This document shows, one piece after another, positions 53,107 through 64,000 of a stretch of 64,000 bases of DNA. Below the pieces are notes generated by a model, which was given only the letters and a program-made list of their open reading frames with translations, did no database searches and was not told where the DNA came from. Position numbers and translations under genes: made by a program. Each line of letters opens with the position of its first letter. Position 1 is the stretch's first letter. This stretch comes from Octopus vulgaris (Eukaryota), in the NCBI GenBank assembly GCA_951406725.2, contig OX597839.1:29450001-29514000 (forward strand). The letters are read 5' to 3'.

Positions 53107-54055
53107 CATATACATACATACACACACACACATACATATATATGTGCATATATATATCATATATATATATATATATATATATAATTGCATATATCTAAAT
53201 ATATTAATATGTATATATGTATGTGTGTATATAGAAGAAGAGGGAGGTTGAGAAACGGGACAGAGATAAACAGAGAGACAGACAGACACACTTACAGACC
53301 GAAAGGATCGGATGGTTCTGATTAATCAAGCGGGGTAATGTTATTTTAATGAGAATAATGGAGAATTTGGTCCGATGGAAAGTGGTGGTGGTGGTGGTGG
53401 GAATGTTGGTGGCTGTGGTGGTTGTAGGAGGAAAATAGGAAAAAGGGACGAAAAGAAAGGAAGAAAGAAGAATATAAACGAAGGTTGGTGGGGAGGAAAA
53501 AGAGAGTAAGACTAATCGGAAGTGAAGAAGAGAAAAGAAAATGAGAAAAGAACGAAAGGAAAAGAAAAAGGAAGAAACCTGAAGGAAAGAGAGAAAGGAA
53601 GAAGGAAAAGAAAGAAATGGAGAATGAAAGAGAGAAATAAAAGTAAAGAAAAGAAAACGATAGAAGAGAGAAGGGATGTCAATGAAAATGTCAATTCTGC
53701 AGTTGATATCCACCATTGCGGATATCACATAGATGCAGGGAGAGGAAGTTGAACACAGCAGGTTGTTGTTGTTGTTGTTAGAAGTGAAAGATGGAGGGGA
53801 GCGGGGGGGGGGAGGAGAAAATTGATCGACGAATAGCTGAGTATTTGGTGTCGGCGGCGGTAGAGTGGCGGAGTTTGTTGCTTTTGTTGTTGTTGCTGCT
53901 GCTCCTCCTCCCCCTTCTCCCCTTGTTCTCTATATGAATAACAACAATTAACAGAGAATTAAAAACACTTACATGACCCACGGAGTAAAACATTTCCCCA
54001 CGGGGCATTCGAAATAATAGCAGCATAATTAACATGAATAGTATAAAGGACTCTC

Positions 54056-54096
<41 letters not shown>

Positions 54097-54099
<3 letters not shown>

Positions 54100-54400
54100 C
54101 TTTATTGCCCACAAGGGCTAAACATAGAGGGGATAAACAAGGAGATACAAAGGGATTAAGTCGATTACATCGACCCCAGTGCGTAACTGGTACTTTATCG
54201 ACCCCGAAAAGATGAAAGGCAAAGTCGACTTCGGCGGAATTTGACCTCAGAACACGAAGACAGACGAAATACCTATTTCTTTACTACCCACAAGGGGCTA
54301 GACACAGACAAACTGATTAAGTCGGTTATATCGACCCCAGTGCGTTACTGGTAATTAATTTATCGACCCCGAAAGGATGAAAGTCAAAGTCGACCTCGGT
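54097..54400 (-). mobile_element. Two nested SINE A long-tail copies joined at GGTATTTC
   Basis: Junction cagacgaaatacctatttctttactaccc at 54261-54289. Confidence 0.88.
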
Positions 54401-54415
54401 GTATATATATATATA

Positions 54416-55559
54416 TTTTTTTTTTTCTAGTTTCAGCTCAGAGCTGCGGCCATGCTGATGCACCGCCGTTTTGTGCTACACTGTTATTGCGAAGAGCCTC
54501 GTCTAATATGTGGCACTTGGTGAAGAATGGAGTTTGATACAGCTACTCTCATTTGCACCTCTTGCCGTGAGGTAGGTTCATCTGGGACTCTTGACAGGAA
54601 GATGTCCAGCTTTGATTTAAAAACCGCTACATCTACTTTGTGCAAGTTCCTCAGACTCTTTGGGAGAATATTAAAAAGCTGTGGGCCCTTGAAACCCAGG
54701 CTGTTGCAGAAGCTGGTCCTGAAGCGTGATGGCATTGCTGGGATCTTTGGCACTATGCAGTGTCGTCCCGTTCTAGCATTGGTGTAGCTTACAATGCCAA
54801 AATTTGGCACAATTCCTTCCAGGATCTTCCAGACATATATTACTGCATACCTCTCCCGTCTTCTCTCCAGGGAGTAGAGTCTCAGCTGTTTCAACCTTTC
54901 CCAGTAGCTGAGCTGTTGCAAAGAGACGATATTCTTTGTGAATCTTCTCTGGATTGCTTCAAGGTCCGCTGTTAATTTTACACTGGTGGGTGACCATAGC
55001 TGTGAGCAGTAATCCAGGCGACTGAGGACGAATGTCCGCTAGAGGACCATCATGGTTTCCTTATCTCTGGTTCTGAATGTTCTTAGGATCCACCCAGCCA
55101 GTCGTCTGCACTTTGTCACCATCCTGGTAATGTGCACTTGGAAAGAGGTATCATCACTCATGTCGATACCCAGGTCCCTCACAGACTTCGGATCTGGGAT
55201 TGAAATTCCCTGTGGACCGGTGTATCCTGTAAGTTTAATGTTCAGTTTTGGATGCTGGTAGCGCAGGGCCTGGAATTTTTCAGCATTAAACTGCATATTA
55301 TTATCCTCAGCCCATCTGTAGATTGAGTCCAACTCCTGCTGCAGGTGTGCAACATCGCTGGGGTTCTGTATTTTCTGCGAGACTTTTGTATCGTCTGCAT
55401 AGCTGGCCAGAGTGGCTATCCGGGCATTTGAGGGCATATCTGAGAGGGCCACTATAAAAAGCAGTGGTCCCAAGACAGTGCCCTGTGGAACACCGCTCAC
55501 TATTTGTGTGTTCATAGAGGTGGCTCCATTAACCACTACTGCCTGACTCCTATCTTTCA

Positions 55560-55560
<1 letters not shown>
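54416..55560 (-). mobile_element. 5'-truncated CR1/L2-group LINE (RT C-terminal half, short 3' UTR, poly-A) inserted in (TA)n
   Basis: SGVPQGTVLGPLLF, YADDTK, ERLKQLRLYSLERRRERY; poly-A (poly-T on the plus strand) at 54416-54426. Confidence 0.92.
54484..55560 (-). pseudogene. LINE reverse transcriptase ORF with a single in-frame TAG (55039-55041)
   Basis: ORFs 55039-55560 and 54484-54921 share a frame; read-through gives MMVL*RTFVLSRLDYCSQLWSP...LEAIQRRFTK. Confidence 0.9.
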
Positions 55561-55619
<59 letters not shown>

Positions 55620-55620
<1 letters not shown>

Positions 55621-56160
55621 ATAAAACGGTAAGATAACAAAAGAAAGAAAGAGACCTCAATATTATGTAAATAGAGGAAATTTATCTATACAATATGTTA
55701 CATTACTCGGTAGTCAAGATAAAACTCTGAGTTTCAGATGCCGAAGTGGAAATCCACAACACCATCTCTTCGGTTATCTGGCTATTTGAAAACGTTATGA
55801 AAAAATACCGTTAAAAATGAAGGGAAATTACTCTGTTATAACTCTGCTTTGCCTGCGTACTTATACATCGCTCGCATTTTTCGTCATAAAAATTATATAA
55901 AAATACATAAAAATATATAAAAATATATAAAAATATATAAAATCTTCTTGGGACATAACACAGAAAGCATGTTCTATCCGTTTTCTTTAGGGGACCAAAA
56001 ACGTAACAGAAATTTAGTCACATGTGGGCATGATCCGAAAAGCTCTGTCCTTGTATTTAGACATGTGGTAGGGTCTAAGCTGCTTTTCCAGATAAGCCAT
56101 CTCTCCATGTCGCATAAACCGCACCTTCCGCTGCCGTTAGTATAGGGCTGCCGTTAGCGT
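55620..56160 (-). mobile_element. Naiad-type PLE 3' end (endonuclease C-terminus, 3' UTR and pLTR) between (TA)n tracts
   Basis: PYTNGSGRCGLCDMERWLIWKSSLDPTTCLNTRTELFGSCPHVTKFLL matches the PY.....C.LC..E...I....LN.R.EL...C.H..KF.L pattern; not in the ORF track. Confidence 0.78.
55711..55784 (-). ncRNA. Variant-core hammerhead motif in the Naiad pLTR
   Basis: AGATAA CCGAAGA GATG..GTGGAttTCCAC..CATC t GAAA CTCAGAG TT TTATCT. Confidence 0.6.
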
Positions 56161-56217
56161 TAGCAGTCAGACTGATAAATAGAAAGATCGATAGCTACGT
56201 ATACGTATGCATGTATG

Positions 56218-56256
<39 letters not shown>

Positions 56257-56287
56257 TTTAGATATATTTATTTATTATAATAACAAG

Positions 56288-56662
56288 ATGAGAAAATAGA
56301 GAGGTAATTAATAAATTATTTATTAATTAAAAAATTGACAAGCATCCCTTACAGCTGTTTCAATTCCAGACATTCATAAAATTAATTAAATTAGAAATTA
56401 TTTGAAAGTCGAATCTCTTCAGATGTAGATAAAGATATACAAAATAGGAGTTCAGTTCCTGCATGTTGAGTAAATGGCTGCTAACGGTTTGAAGCCATTT
56501 ACTCAACATCTATTTTGCATATCTCTATCTACTTCTGAAAATATTCGACTTTCAAATAATTTTTAATATAATTAATTTTATGTCTGGAATTGAAACAGCT
56601 GTAAAGGATGTTTGTCAATTTTCTAATTAAACAATTTATCAATTACCTCTCTATTTTTTCAT
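56288..56662. repeat. Long inverted repeat (56288-56479 / 56493-56662, 13-bp spacer), probable inverted pLTR pair
   Basis: Arms are reverse-complementary along their length, apart from scattered mismatches and a ~15-bp indel. Confidence 0.92.
56343..56430 (-). ncRNA. Hammerhead motif with a long AT-rich stem II insert (mirror copy at 56527-56610, plus strand, core CTGAAAA)
   Basis: CTGAAGA GATTCgac..[AT-rich]..gtctgGAATT GAAA CAGCTG TA agggat. Confidence 0.62.
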
Positions 56663-56883
56663 ATTATATATGTATATAAACATCTATATAATATTGTGTG
56701 TGTGTGTGTATGTGTGTGTGTGTGTGTGTGTGTATGCATGTATGTAAATATGTATGTCTGTGTGCGTATATATAAATATGGATGTATGTATGCGTTTGTG
56801 CGTGTGTATGTGTGTGTGCGAAGGTATAACACACGAGGGGCAATTTTAAACAAATGTATCGATTTAATGTTCGAAAATAAGGG

Positions 56884-56922
56884 AGTCTTGGCGTTTCGGA
56901 CGCTAGCCCTTCATCAGAAAAA
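56884..56922 (-). ncRNA. Minimal hammerhead motif with mutated cleavage triplet, in a probable PLE pLTR (about 56820-57300)
   Basis: CTGATGA a GGGC tagc GTCC GAAA CG CC aaga; GCC in place of GUC. Confidence 0.6.
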
Positions 56923-57319
56923 ATAAAAGAACGAGAAAAAAGATGCTTGGGAAAGAACAGAAAAAGGTTAGGAGCCATGTGGGGATGCGATTCTTTTGGA
57001 GGGTTTAGAAAGAGTGTAAGCTGGGTAGAGTCGACTATATAGAGGGATATCCGTATATAGAGATGGTAGGGGGAGGTGTGTGTGGTGTTCTGGGATACAT
57101 GTGGTTTCTTGGGTGTATTAGTGTACGGGGAAGTGAGCACGTACGGAGTGTAGTGGTGTCGGATAAGGGTGGAAGGTGGTGCGTTGATGTAACATATTGT
57201 AGGTGAGAGACTCTGCTGTGTATTTATGTATCAAGCAATCTGCCTTGCTATCTTCATCAATTCCCTCCTTCAAATTCGAACCTCAATAGTCTACTCAGCA
57301 GCATCTGCTGAGTGCACCG

Positions 57320-57800
57320 GTGTGGTGTTGGTGTGGGTCGTGGTGGTAGTGGTGGTGGCGGCAGTGTGGGTGTAGTGGCGGCGATGGTGGTGGTATTGAG
57401 GGTTGGGATGGTAGTGGTGGCGGTGGTAATGATGATGGCGTTGGTGTTTGTACTGTTGGTGGTGGTTGTAATGGCGATGGTGTTTGTGGTGGTGGTAGCG
57501 ATGGTGGAGGTGGTGGTTGTGGTGGTGGTAGCGATGGTGGTGGTATTGAAGGTTGGGATGGTAGTGGCAGTGGTGGGAATGATGGTGGTGCTGGTGTTTG
57601 TACTGGTGGTGGTGGTGGTAGCGGCGGTGGTTGTGATTGTGATGGTTTATGTTGCTATTGGTGGTGGTGGTGGCGGTTGTAGCGGTGCTGGTGGTAATGG
57701 AGGTGGAAGTGGTGGTGATGGTAGTGGTGGCGGTGGTGGTGACGGTGATGGGTGGTGGTGACGGTGATGGGTGGTGGTGACGGTGATGGGTGGTGGTGTA
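57320..57800. repeat. Degenerate (GGT)n/(GAT)n trinucleotide repeat
   Basis: Directly visible. Confidence 0.9.
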
Positions 57801-58549
57801 GTAAAAGTAAAGTGGTAGGAGTTAGTGGGGGTTGGAGAGGGTGGTGGTGGGAGGGGGGAATGATGTTGAATTACAGACGGATTGACTTGAAGCCGAAATC
57901 ACTTTGAAATAGGAAATCTACTTCCATTTGACTAAGTACTCGCACCACCACCCTTACTCCTTACCTCTTTCACTCTCTCTCTCTCTCTCTCTCTCTCTGT
58001 CCCACCTTTGCCTGTTTTTCTCTCTCCCTCTCTCCTCCTCTCTTCTTCCCCCTCTTACTCGTCCTCCTGCTTCTCTCCCACTCTCACTACCATTCATTTC
58101 TTCCTCACCACCTTTTCTCTCTCTCTCCCGTAAATATCTTCCGTACGCCACCCCCCACATTAACTAATATCTACTGATACACATACATCTGCATAGACAT
58201 CTCTCTCTCTCTCTCCCTAATTCATATCCACAAGCAAACAGTTCCACTTCGATTTCCCCAATTCTCTTTCTCACTCATTCACTCTCTCTTTCTTTCTCTC
58301 TCTCTCTGTCTCTTTCGCGTTTACTCAGACTCTTTCATTTCTTTCTAAATCCCAAAATATTGACTCGTTTATTGGTTTATTCCCTTTTCTCTCGGTGATT
58401 GTACATGGACTTGCTGCACACACACACACACACACATATATATATGCAGGTGTCTATGTGTGTCTGTATCTGTGTGCCCATAGGTACATATTCACACATG
58501 AATATGTATCGATACATGAATATGTATGTAGGTATATATTTACACGCAC

Positions 58550-58591
<42 letters not shown>

Positions 58592-58680
58592 CTGTGTGAG
58601 TGTGTGTAAACGCGCATGTATTTACAAAAATATAGGGACATCCACACACAAATCATATATACTGTATCTGTGTGTGTATA

Positions 58681-58715
<35 letters not shown>

Positions 58716-59742
58716 ATATATATGTACACGCACACACACATTAAATGTGTGTGTGCGTGCATCATAAACACTTTCCCGGATATAAATAGGTACTTATGCC
58801 TAATATAATGTGAGCGTTCACATATATATCAGTTTGTGTGTATATGAATGTATAAATGTGTGCATGTGTTTATACATACATACGTACATATGTATAGATA
58901 TGTATGTATGTATATGTATATATATATATATATATATGCATGCATATATATATACATATTCATATATATGTATGTATATACCCATACGTGCAAGCATATA
59001 TCCAGCGATACATACAAGCATACACACAAACTTATATGCATACTTATATATACATTCACATATGCGCATACATACGTACATACATACATATATACATACA
59101 TACCTACAAGTATACGTTAAGGTATGTATTGAATGATACATGCATGCCTATATACGCATGTGTGCGTGTTTGTGCAGGTAGGTATTCATCTACGCAAGTG
59201 TATGTTTGTGTAGTGTTATTCACGTATTTGTGGTTGGAAGAACGCTGGCAAAGTGTGTCTGTTGACCGAGTTAACGTTGAACAATTCATGTGATCTGACG
59301 GTTAACAAGTTAAAAAGGGAAGAAAGACCACCATTTGCACTGCTTTCAGTCAATAAGAGATACAAAGGTAAACAACTCTAGGAACACATTAAAAAAATTA
59401 GCCAAACAGGATGCGATTACGTAATAGACAAGCAGCGACTGTGACACAAATGGATTGGCCGATGGGGGACGGTATAACCGGGATGAAGACAAATAAGTGC
59501 AGGAAAACAGGATCTGGATATGATATAGAGATTTACAACAGAGAATGTAACCGATGGAAATAGTAAATAAACGAGTGAATGGACAAGTGGAGTCCCAAAG
59601 GAAAAAGTAAATGGAATGACGACAACCGCACAACAATATCTGAATAAAAAGAAAATCATGAGAAATCATCCGATGGAAACAATTGGCATGGATGGAAGAA
59701 TGAACCAACGTGAATGTACATATAACCATATGTGTGTGTGTG

Positions 59743-60108
59743 TCCTGGGTTCAATGCCACAGAGTGGCACCTTGGGCAAGTGTCCTCTATTATAGCCTCA
59801 GGCCGACCAGAGCCTTGTGAGTGGATTTTGTAGAGGGAAACTGGAAGAAGCCCGTCGTGTGTGTGTGTATATATATATATATATGTATGTGTGTGTATAT
59901 GTTTGCGTGTCTGTTTATCCCCCCAGCATCGCTCGACAACCGATGCTGGTGTGTTTACGTCCCCGTAACTTAGCGGCTCGGCAAAAGAGACCGATAAAAT
60001 AAGTACTAGGCTTACAAAGAATAAGCTCTGGGGTCGATTTTCTCGACTATAAAGGCGGTGCTCCAGCATGCCCGCAGTTAAATGACTGAAACAAATAAAA
60101 GAGTAAAA
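59743..60108 (+). mobile_element. SINE B, 5'-truncated
   Basis: Matches family B from the B box to the tail. Confidence 0.92.
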
Positions 60109-60335
60109 AAAGAGTAGATAGATAGATAGACAGATAGATAGATAAATAGATAGATAGGTACATATATATATGTGTATCTATCTATCTATCTATCTATATC
60201 AATATATCAATATATATAACAATATTAAATCTCTGAAGCGAGGTATAAATAGCAGCAGCACGACATCGTGAAGCATATTTGGTACCTAAATGTGGCTGAC
60301 CCTTATGGGACGATGCTACTGTAGTTTATAGCCCC

Positions 60336-62270
60336 TTTTGCATTTGTTTTACAATATCGCTTTCATTTTCATTAAACTTTTCCATCTCTGGGAAGTCTAC
60401 ACTTGACATCAAATCGTAATCCATAACGAACAGTTATTCTCAAACACAAATTCCTTCACAAGGAATAAAGTTAGACACAATTATTTTTCAAAAATGTTTG
60501 ACAAAAATAATTTTTTGCCAGCATAATATCAACGTTCGTAGTTCGCCAACAATATATCAGAATTTTTTGCCCCGCAGGGCGAAAATTACAGTTACCAGAT
60601 CAACGAAGGTTCAATCCTCACAAGTGCAACAACAATAAAAAAAAAAAGAGGTATAACAAAACACGAACTCACCAGCGCAGCAGCCAAAAAGTCCAACAAG
60701 AGCCGGGTGGGGATGAATTCGTTATTATGATCACGTGATCGAACGTTGTCGCGACAGCACAGGACGTTACAAACATAAAGTTCATGAGTTCGTTTGCAAT
60801 AAGCGGTTAAAAACTCCGAATGATAAAATTTCGATGAAATATTTTACATTTTGGCCGGGAAGTCCACCGGTTACACCGCACGAATTTACTCGGTATTTAA
60901 GTAGAGTCTTTCCCACCCAACTTCCTTGCCACATCCTTCCATCCTTTCTCGCATACGCCTGGCGTTTCCAATCTTCGGCCTCCTTTTTCTGTATTTGCAG
61001 AATGGACATTTACTCTTCCATGTCGTATAATACGGCTGCTGCAATCCGCGTCCAAACCAGCTGGAATTTCCTAGATAAATTGGCAGGAAAATTATCTCTT
61101 AATTTTTCAGTGTCAGTGTAGACAGTTCTTCAGCTGTACTTTCGTCAGCGAATTGTGCCTCCACTGTAGAACTTTTTATCCCGCGTCCAACATATTTTAT
61201 TTTGTTCCAAATGGGCTGTAAACACTTTTCAATTAATTCGCTTTTCACCGACATTATTCTCTTTTATTTAAGACTGTACGTCTTATAGAGCACGGTCTTG
61301 GCAGCTATATTTTGTAGTGTTTCTTGGGGAGGAGTAATTTGCTGTCATTCCCTGTTTTCTTTATCATATTACGATCTATGAATAGTTCTGCCATGGATAC
61401 GTTCAAATTTACCATATTGCCGCCGACGGCAACTGAAAATCTAGTTTTTCCTCTTGAACCTGTTTTGTACTTTGTTTTACATTTTCTTTTGTCTTTCCAT
61501 CTCTGGGAAATCCAAAATTGACTTTAAGTCAAATTCTATTTTCAATACAAAAATTCCTTTAACAGGAAACACACATTTTCAAAAAATTTTTACAAGTGAC
61601 AAAAAATATTTTTTGCCAAAAATGTCTTTCACAAAAATTATTAAACAGTATTATTTTTTTTACCTTGTAATAAATAACGTCTGTAGTTGAACAAAACGGT
61701 ATTTTCTGCCCCGCAGGACGAAAATTGCCGTTACCGAAACGACCGCAGTTCAAATTTCACAGGTGCAACAATTCAACGATATAACAAAAAGAGTAGAAGA
61801 ATAACATTAGAACAATACGAACTCACACAGGCAGCAATCCAACAAGAGGTGGGGGGGGATGAATTATTTATTATAATCACGTGATCGAACATAGACGAGT
61901 CAGCACAGGACGTTACAAACATAAAGATCGTGAGTTCGTTTGCGAAAAACGGCTAAGAATTTCGAAAGATGTTTTTACAATGAATGTCAATTTCAATGAA
62001 AATTTTACATTTTGGCCGGGAAGTCCACCGGCGAGACCGTACGAATTTACTGGGTATTTAAGAAGGGTCTTCCACACTCAACTTGCTCACCACATCTTTC
62101 CATCTTTTCTCGTATATACTTCGCGACAGGCGTCCTCTCTCCAGCCCTATCTTGCTTTTCAGATGAAGTTGTAGAGCAAACCAGGGCCAGAAATAAAGGT
62201 TCCCCTCGCGACTCCTTTCATCCTCGTTTTCCATATACACTTCCAAAATCGTAACTGTGCATAACAAACT
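60336..62270 (-). mobile_element. Head-to-tail tandem of decayed Tx1/L1-like LINE units (ORF2 end, UTR, ORF1 start, deletion, ORF2 end, UTR)
   Basis: 60340-60955 is a diverged duplicate of 61465-62115; LHLKSKIGLERGRLSRSIYEKRWKDVV at 62058-62170; ORF1-like KTVLYKTYSL..ELIEKCL..STVEAQF..LPIYLG at 61070-61410. Confidence 0.68.
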
Positions 62271-62289
62271 GGCCTCACCTTCCTTTGAA

Positions 62290-62880
62290 AGTCCTTTGAC
62301 AGTCCGCGTAAACTATCAGGCCTGAAATCTCGGGACAACGAACAAGTGCGTGCGGGACGGTGTCCTCATAAGGCGGCGAGCTGGCAGAAGCGTTAGCACG
62401 CCGGGCGAAATGCTTAGCGATATTTCGTCTGTCTTTACGTTCTGAGTTCAAATTCCGCCGAGGTCGACTTTGCCTTTCATTCTTTCGGGGTCGATTAAAT
62501 AAGTACCAGTTACGCACTGGAGTCGATATAATCGACTTAATCCGTTTGTCTGTCCTTCTTTGTCCCCTCTGTGTTTAGCCCCTTGTGGGTAGTAAAGAAA
62601 TAGGTATCCTCATCCCGCCTGCACCTTGGGCAAGCTGGTGGTACAGACATGCCGTGTCTGGACAGTTTATCACGAACAAGTAAAGCATTCCTATATAACT
62701 GCCACGTCAGGGATTTCTGGTAGGTATCCAGATAACCCGACCCGAAGGTTCTTTTAAACGGGTTGGCCAGCCGGTCCTCATCGAGTCCCAGAAGCTCTCC
62801 CAGGACGTCATCTCTCTTGGACTCCACCAGTCCGCTGCAGGCCTTGCCCGCCTTGTGGATGCGCACGAGTGCCAGTCGGC
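62290..62880 (-). pseudogene. Tx1/L1 ORF2 zinc-knuckle fragment interrupted by SINE A
   Basis: YQKSLTWQLYRNALLVRDKLSRHGMSVPPACPRCRRD|EDTVPHALVRCP (CCHC). Confidence 0.82.
62370..62602 (+). mobile_element. SINE A full-length long-tail copy; TSD GGTGTCCTCAT (62359-62369) / GGTATCCTCAT (62603-62613)
   Basis: Complete element with a flanking direct repeat carrying one mismatch. Confidence 0.93.
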
Positions 62881-62894
62881 TCTCTTTTTGTCAC

Positions 62895-63188
62895 TCAGTC
62901 AGATAAGAGCAGGATGGCGATGAGAAGTGATCTCGAACGCAAATACAAATGCTTTCTCCAGTGACAAATCCACTGACCTCGAAAAAGGAGAAACAAGCAA
63001 TATTAAATCTCTGAGCGAGAATTAAACTGTAGCAGCTCCGACACCGTGAAGTATATTTGCCACCTAAATGTGGCTGACCCGTATGGGACGGTGCTACTGT
63101 AGTTTATAGCCCCAGGAAGACATCCCCTCTAGCTGGCTAACGACACACTGTCCCTGCCCGATCCGTATTTGCGAAGGGAAATCATCAT
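62895..63188. repeat. Unclassified interspersed repeat; partial second copy at 60221-60335
   Basis: aatattaaatctctga..cctaaatgtggctgaccc..gctactgtagtttatagcccc is shared by both copies. Confidence 0.75.
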
Positions 63189-63358
63189 ATATACGTGTGT
63201 GTGTGTATGAGCTTGTAATAAGTGTATCTGGTTTTTACAGATAACATCTCCCCCCCTCCTGATGATCTGATGTCCCCGATGACAGATTAACTGAAACATT
63301 CGTTACATTGTATCTATTATAACTTGACATATAAACAAAAGTGTACACACACACAGAT

Positions 63359-63394
<36 letters not shown>

Positions 63395-63399
63395 GTATG

Positions 63400-63450
<51 letters not shown>

Positions 63451-63456
63451 TGTGTG

Positions 63457-63489
<33 letters not shown>

Positions 63490-63500
63490 GTATATATGTA

Positions 63501-63560
<60 letters not shown>

Positions 63561-64000
63561 AAAGAGATATAGATAGACAGACAGACAGATCGATAGAAAG
63601 ACATCAATAGATAGATACAGAGGTAGATATTTCTGCATAAGTATATATGGCACAAAATATGTTCTACAAAAGTTCTGCAAGACCATTTCGGTTTCATTAT
63701 TAAAACCAGAAATAAAATCGATATTCATGTGAAACCAAGAAAGTGACTGCATAAATCTTCAATTTATGACATTCAAAAATATTCATATTCGGGTGAAATC
63801 CAATTCCATGATTCTACAACTAAATGCAACTGGCGTGTATTGACTTACTCTGTGTAGAGTTCTCCTTACAGAAAAAAAACTTTAGTGAGAGACGTTTCTT
63901 CACATGGAATCTCAAGAAAAGTGATAATGAACACGTAGATCTCTGTCAAGGCACGTATGTATATCACCTCGACATTTTATGTATCGGACGACTCTGCCAA

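Noticed and set aside
55790-56140. Possible selenoprotein/SECIS signature, known in some Naiads
   Set aside because: Cys codons in the visible fragment are TGC/TGT with no in-frame TGA, and the ATGA in the UTR lacks a properly spaced AA loop.
57312-57761. 149-aa Val/Gly-rich membrane-like ORF
   Set aside because: Degenerate (GGT)n repeat.
59330-59720. Possible very old RTE ORF2 fragment
   Set aside because: Only scattered W-spaced motifs across frames; not supportable without a profile search.
63259-63310. CTGATGA/CCGATGA...GAAA CATTCG TT hammerhead-like string
   Set aside because: Stem II register and stem I are poor; at most a relic.
4190-63752. Numerous long ORFs rich in YI/HT/CV/SL (e.g. 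5039-6241, 44147-45546, 15274-16534)
   Set aside because: They are translations of di- and tetranucleotide microsatellites, open in several frames and on both strands, with no domain content.

Overview
This is AT-rich, microsatellite-saturated eukaryotic DNA. The SINE families and repeat landscape look like octopus/coleoid cephalopod (inference from recalled family motifs, no database check). I found no convincing host protein-coding exon; almost all listed ORFs are translations of simple repeats. The window is a retroelement graveyard: three tRNA-headed SINE families (labelled A, B and C here), decayed LINE fragments (CR1/L2-like, RTE, Tx1/L1, R4/Dong), Penelope-like element (PLE) fragments including Naiad-type ones, an internally deleted mariner with both TIRs, and two maT-like transposon ends. 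Three signals stand out. (1) At least five good and several decayed minimal hammerhead-ribozyme motifs, nearly all with a palindromic stem III, three of them inside or spanning inverted repeats. (2) Each SINE family carries a 3' tail matching the 3' end of a different LINE clade present in this same window (A-Tx1, B-CR1-like, C-RTE), two with covarying hairpins. (3) SINE A repeatedly inserts at a GGTAT/GGTAA site, including twice at the identical position in an older copy of itself. A few apparently unique, motif-rich islands may be conserved non-coding regulatory elements. Coordinates were read by eye and element boundaries are approximate.
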